Source: Chlorokybus atmophyticus (Eukaryota; Plantae; Mesostigma and Chlorokybus algae). From it: DNA of 64,000 bases. Below are positions 62,401-64,000 of this stretch, piece after piece; position 1 is the first letter of the stretch; each line of letters begins with the position of its first letter. The stretch lies in NCBI GenBank assembly GCA_009103225.1, contig RHPI01003642.1, forward strand, positions 1,231,099-1,295,098. The letters are read 5' to 3'. The notes under the pieces were generated by a model. That model saw only the letters and a list, made by a program, of their open reading frames with translations, did no database searches and was not told the origin of the DNA. The position numbers and the translations under genes are program-made.

Positions 62401-62931
62401 ATTATAAAAAGGCATGACGAGTTGTACTTTGCATGCCACCAACACTCGGTGGACCTGCATGCGCATGCAAAGTTGCAAAAGAAAAGTTGTGCATATGCTT
62501 GAACACTTGCCATATTCGCGTCAGCCGTTGCAAAGTAGCGGCTTTTCTCTTTACGCAACCGGCTTAATGGCATGGAAACCGTCAACATCTTATGGACATG
62601 CACGTGACTTAAGCTTGCCACAGACAAAGTGTGGGTAAAAGCCAGATCATTTGCTGCTTTCATGCGCACATTTATGCTGTATGACTGTTTGCCATATTTA
62701 CCAATCACCCGTGTGACCTGCATTATGCAGGCCATACGGGTGATAGGCAATGCCGTTACAATCAGCATGTAAACATGTGCGCGCACGCAAGCAGCAGACA
62801 CTCTTAAGCGTCAAACGATAATCAAACACCCCGCAAGATCTGGTCGTCATCTGACAACTCTACAAGAGTTTAAATGTGAGATCGCATGTTTCGTGTACAA
62901 GTCACACATGCGTGAGTGTTATGCAAGCAGT

Positions 62932-63253
<322 letters not shown>

Positions 63254-63408
63254 TGCTGGAGTGTGTGTGTGCGTGTGTGTGTGCGTGCGTGCGTGCGTGC
63301 GTGCGTGCGTGTCACATGTGCTAGCATACACATTGTGCACTGTATTGGTAGTATCGATTGAATCTCAACTACTTTGCATGCGTGCGCGCGCGCGCGCGCA
63401 CACACGCA

Positions 63409-63440
<32 letters not shown>

Positions 63441-64000
63441 CACACTGTGTGAGCACATTATGCCATCGTTTCTTTGAATAAATGGATGGTTGCGTGTATG
63501 CAGGTGTCAGGAGTGTGTGCTGGTGGGTGCACATATTTGTGCATACCAAGGAGACGCATACATTACAACCCACACTCACTTTTGCGAAATATTTTTCATT
63601 TCAACCTTTCGTTATAATGATCACAAAAGTCAAGGCATTGCTGTTAACAAGGCCTGGAATACCGTAATAAAATTACAACCCAGGGCAATTGATGATTATC
63701 TTTGGGTGTCTCTACGGTATTGATCTCATGCCAAGGCCTGCATTGGGTGTTGTACACTATCGGGGAAGAGCGAGCACGATTATTATGCGTCCACCGAGGG
63801 AGGGCGGTGCGCCGTTTACAAAAAGTTACATCAAGGCAGCGAAAATGCAATCCCGTGCATGATGCCCAACTGTACCAGGTTGAACTGGTACAACTCATGC
63901 ACAGCCGCGAGAGTGGGGCACGCGAATCTCGCGCGGAGGCCGCACGACAGCCACGCAGGAAGCAGCCGGACACGCGCACGCACGTCCGAACACGGTTTAA

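Noticed and set aside
62138-62800. Degenerate coding fragment (LDHYIHQVDIAGMG..., RLNGMETVNILW...)
   Set aside because: Protein-like, but interrupted by stops and not assignable to a family without a search.
63644-64000. Gene fragment at the window edge (…AVHELYQFNLVQLGIMHG…)
   Set aside because: Too short and truncated by the window; no family recognised.

Overview
Eukaryotic, intron-rich genomic DNA from a green-lineage alga (inferred from an HPAT gene, a plant MSL4-10-type channel and extensin-like Ser-Pro repeats; species not determinable). There is one 233-nt N gap and many CA/GT/GA microsatellite introns. The first 20 kb is gene-dense: VPS13B-like (5' part), HPAT, MscS-like channel, GEMIN8-like, RPA12, TOPORS-like RING and a USP gene. 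At 22.6-36.2 kb, a ~0.53-kb TRIM (80-bp LTRs, perfect GCGAG TSD) has been inflated to 13.6 kb by three DNA transposons: two intron-containing pogo/DDE_1 elements and one AcademX-like transposase-XPG-Cys8 element. Two of them sit at the same TA. A second TRIM copy at 59.05-59.41 kb supplies the empty sites. The 37-50 kb stretch holds an RMND1/RRG-like gene, a cyclophilin with a decayed duplicate, and a disabled mosaic secreted-protein gene. The 50.5-61.4 kb stretch is a nest of Ty3/gypsy elements, a three-LTR chromovirus derivative and a second TRIM family. The most unusual signals are the TRIM acting as a transposon landing pad, a Pol III-like A/B-box pair straddling the LTR-PBS junction of two TRIM families, an Academ-like element that appears to duplicate TA, an unnamed C-terminal domain shared by both pogo transposases, and a GEMIN8 homolog. 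All family assignments are from recalled motifs, not database searches.
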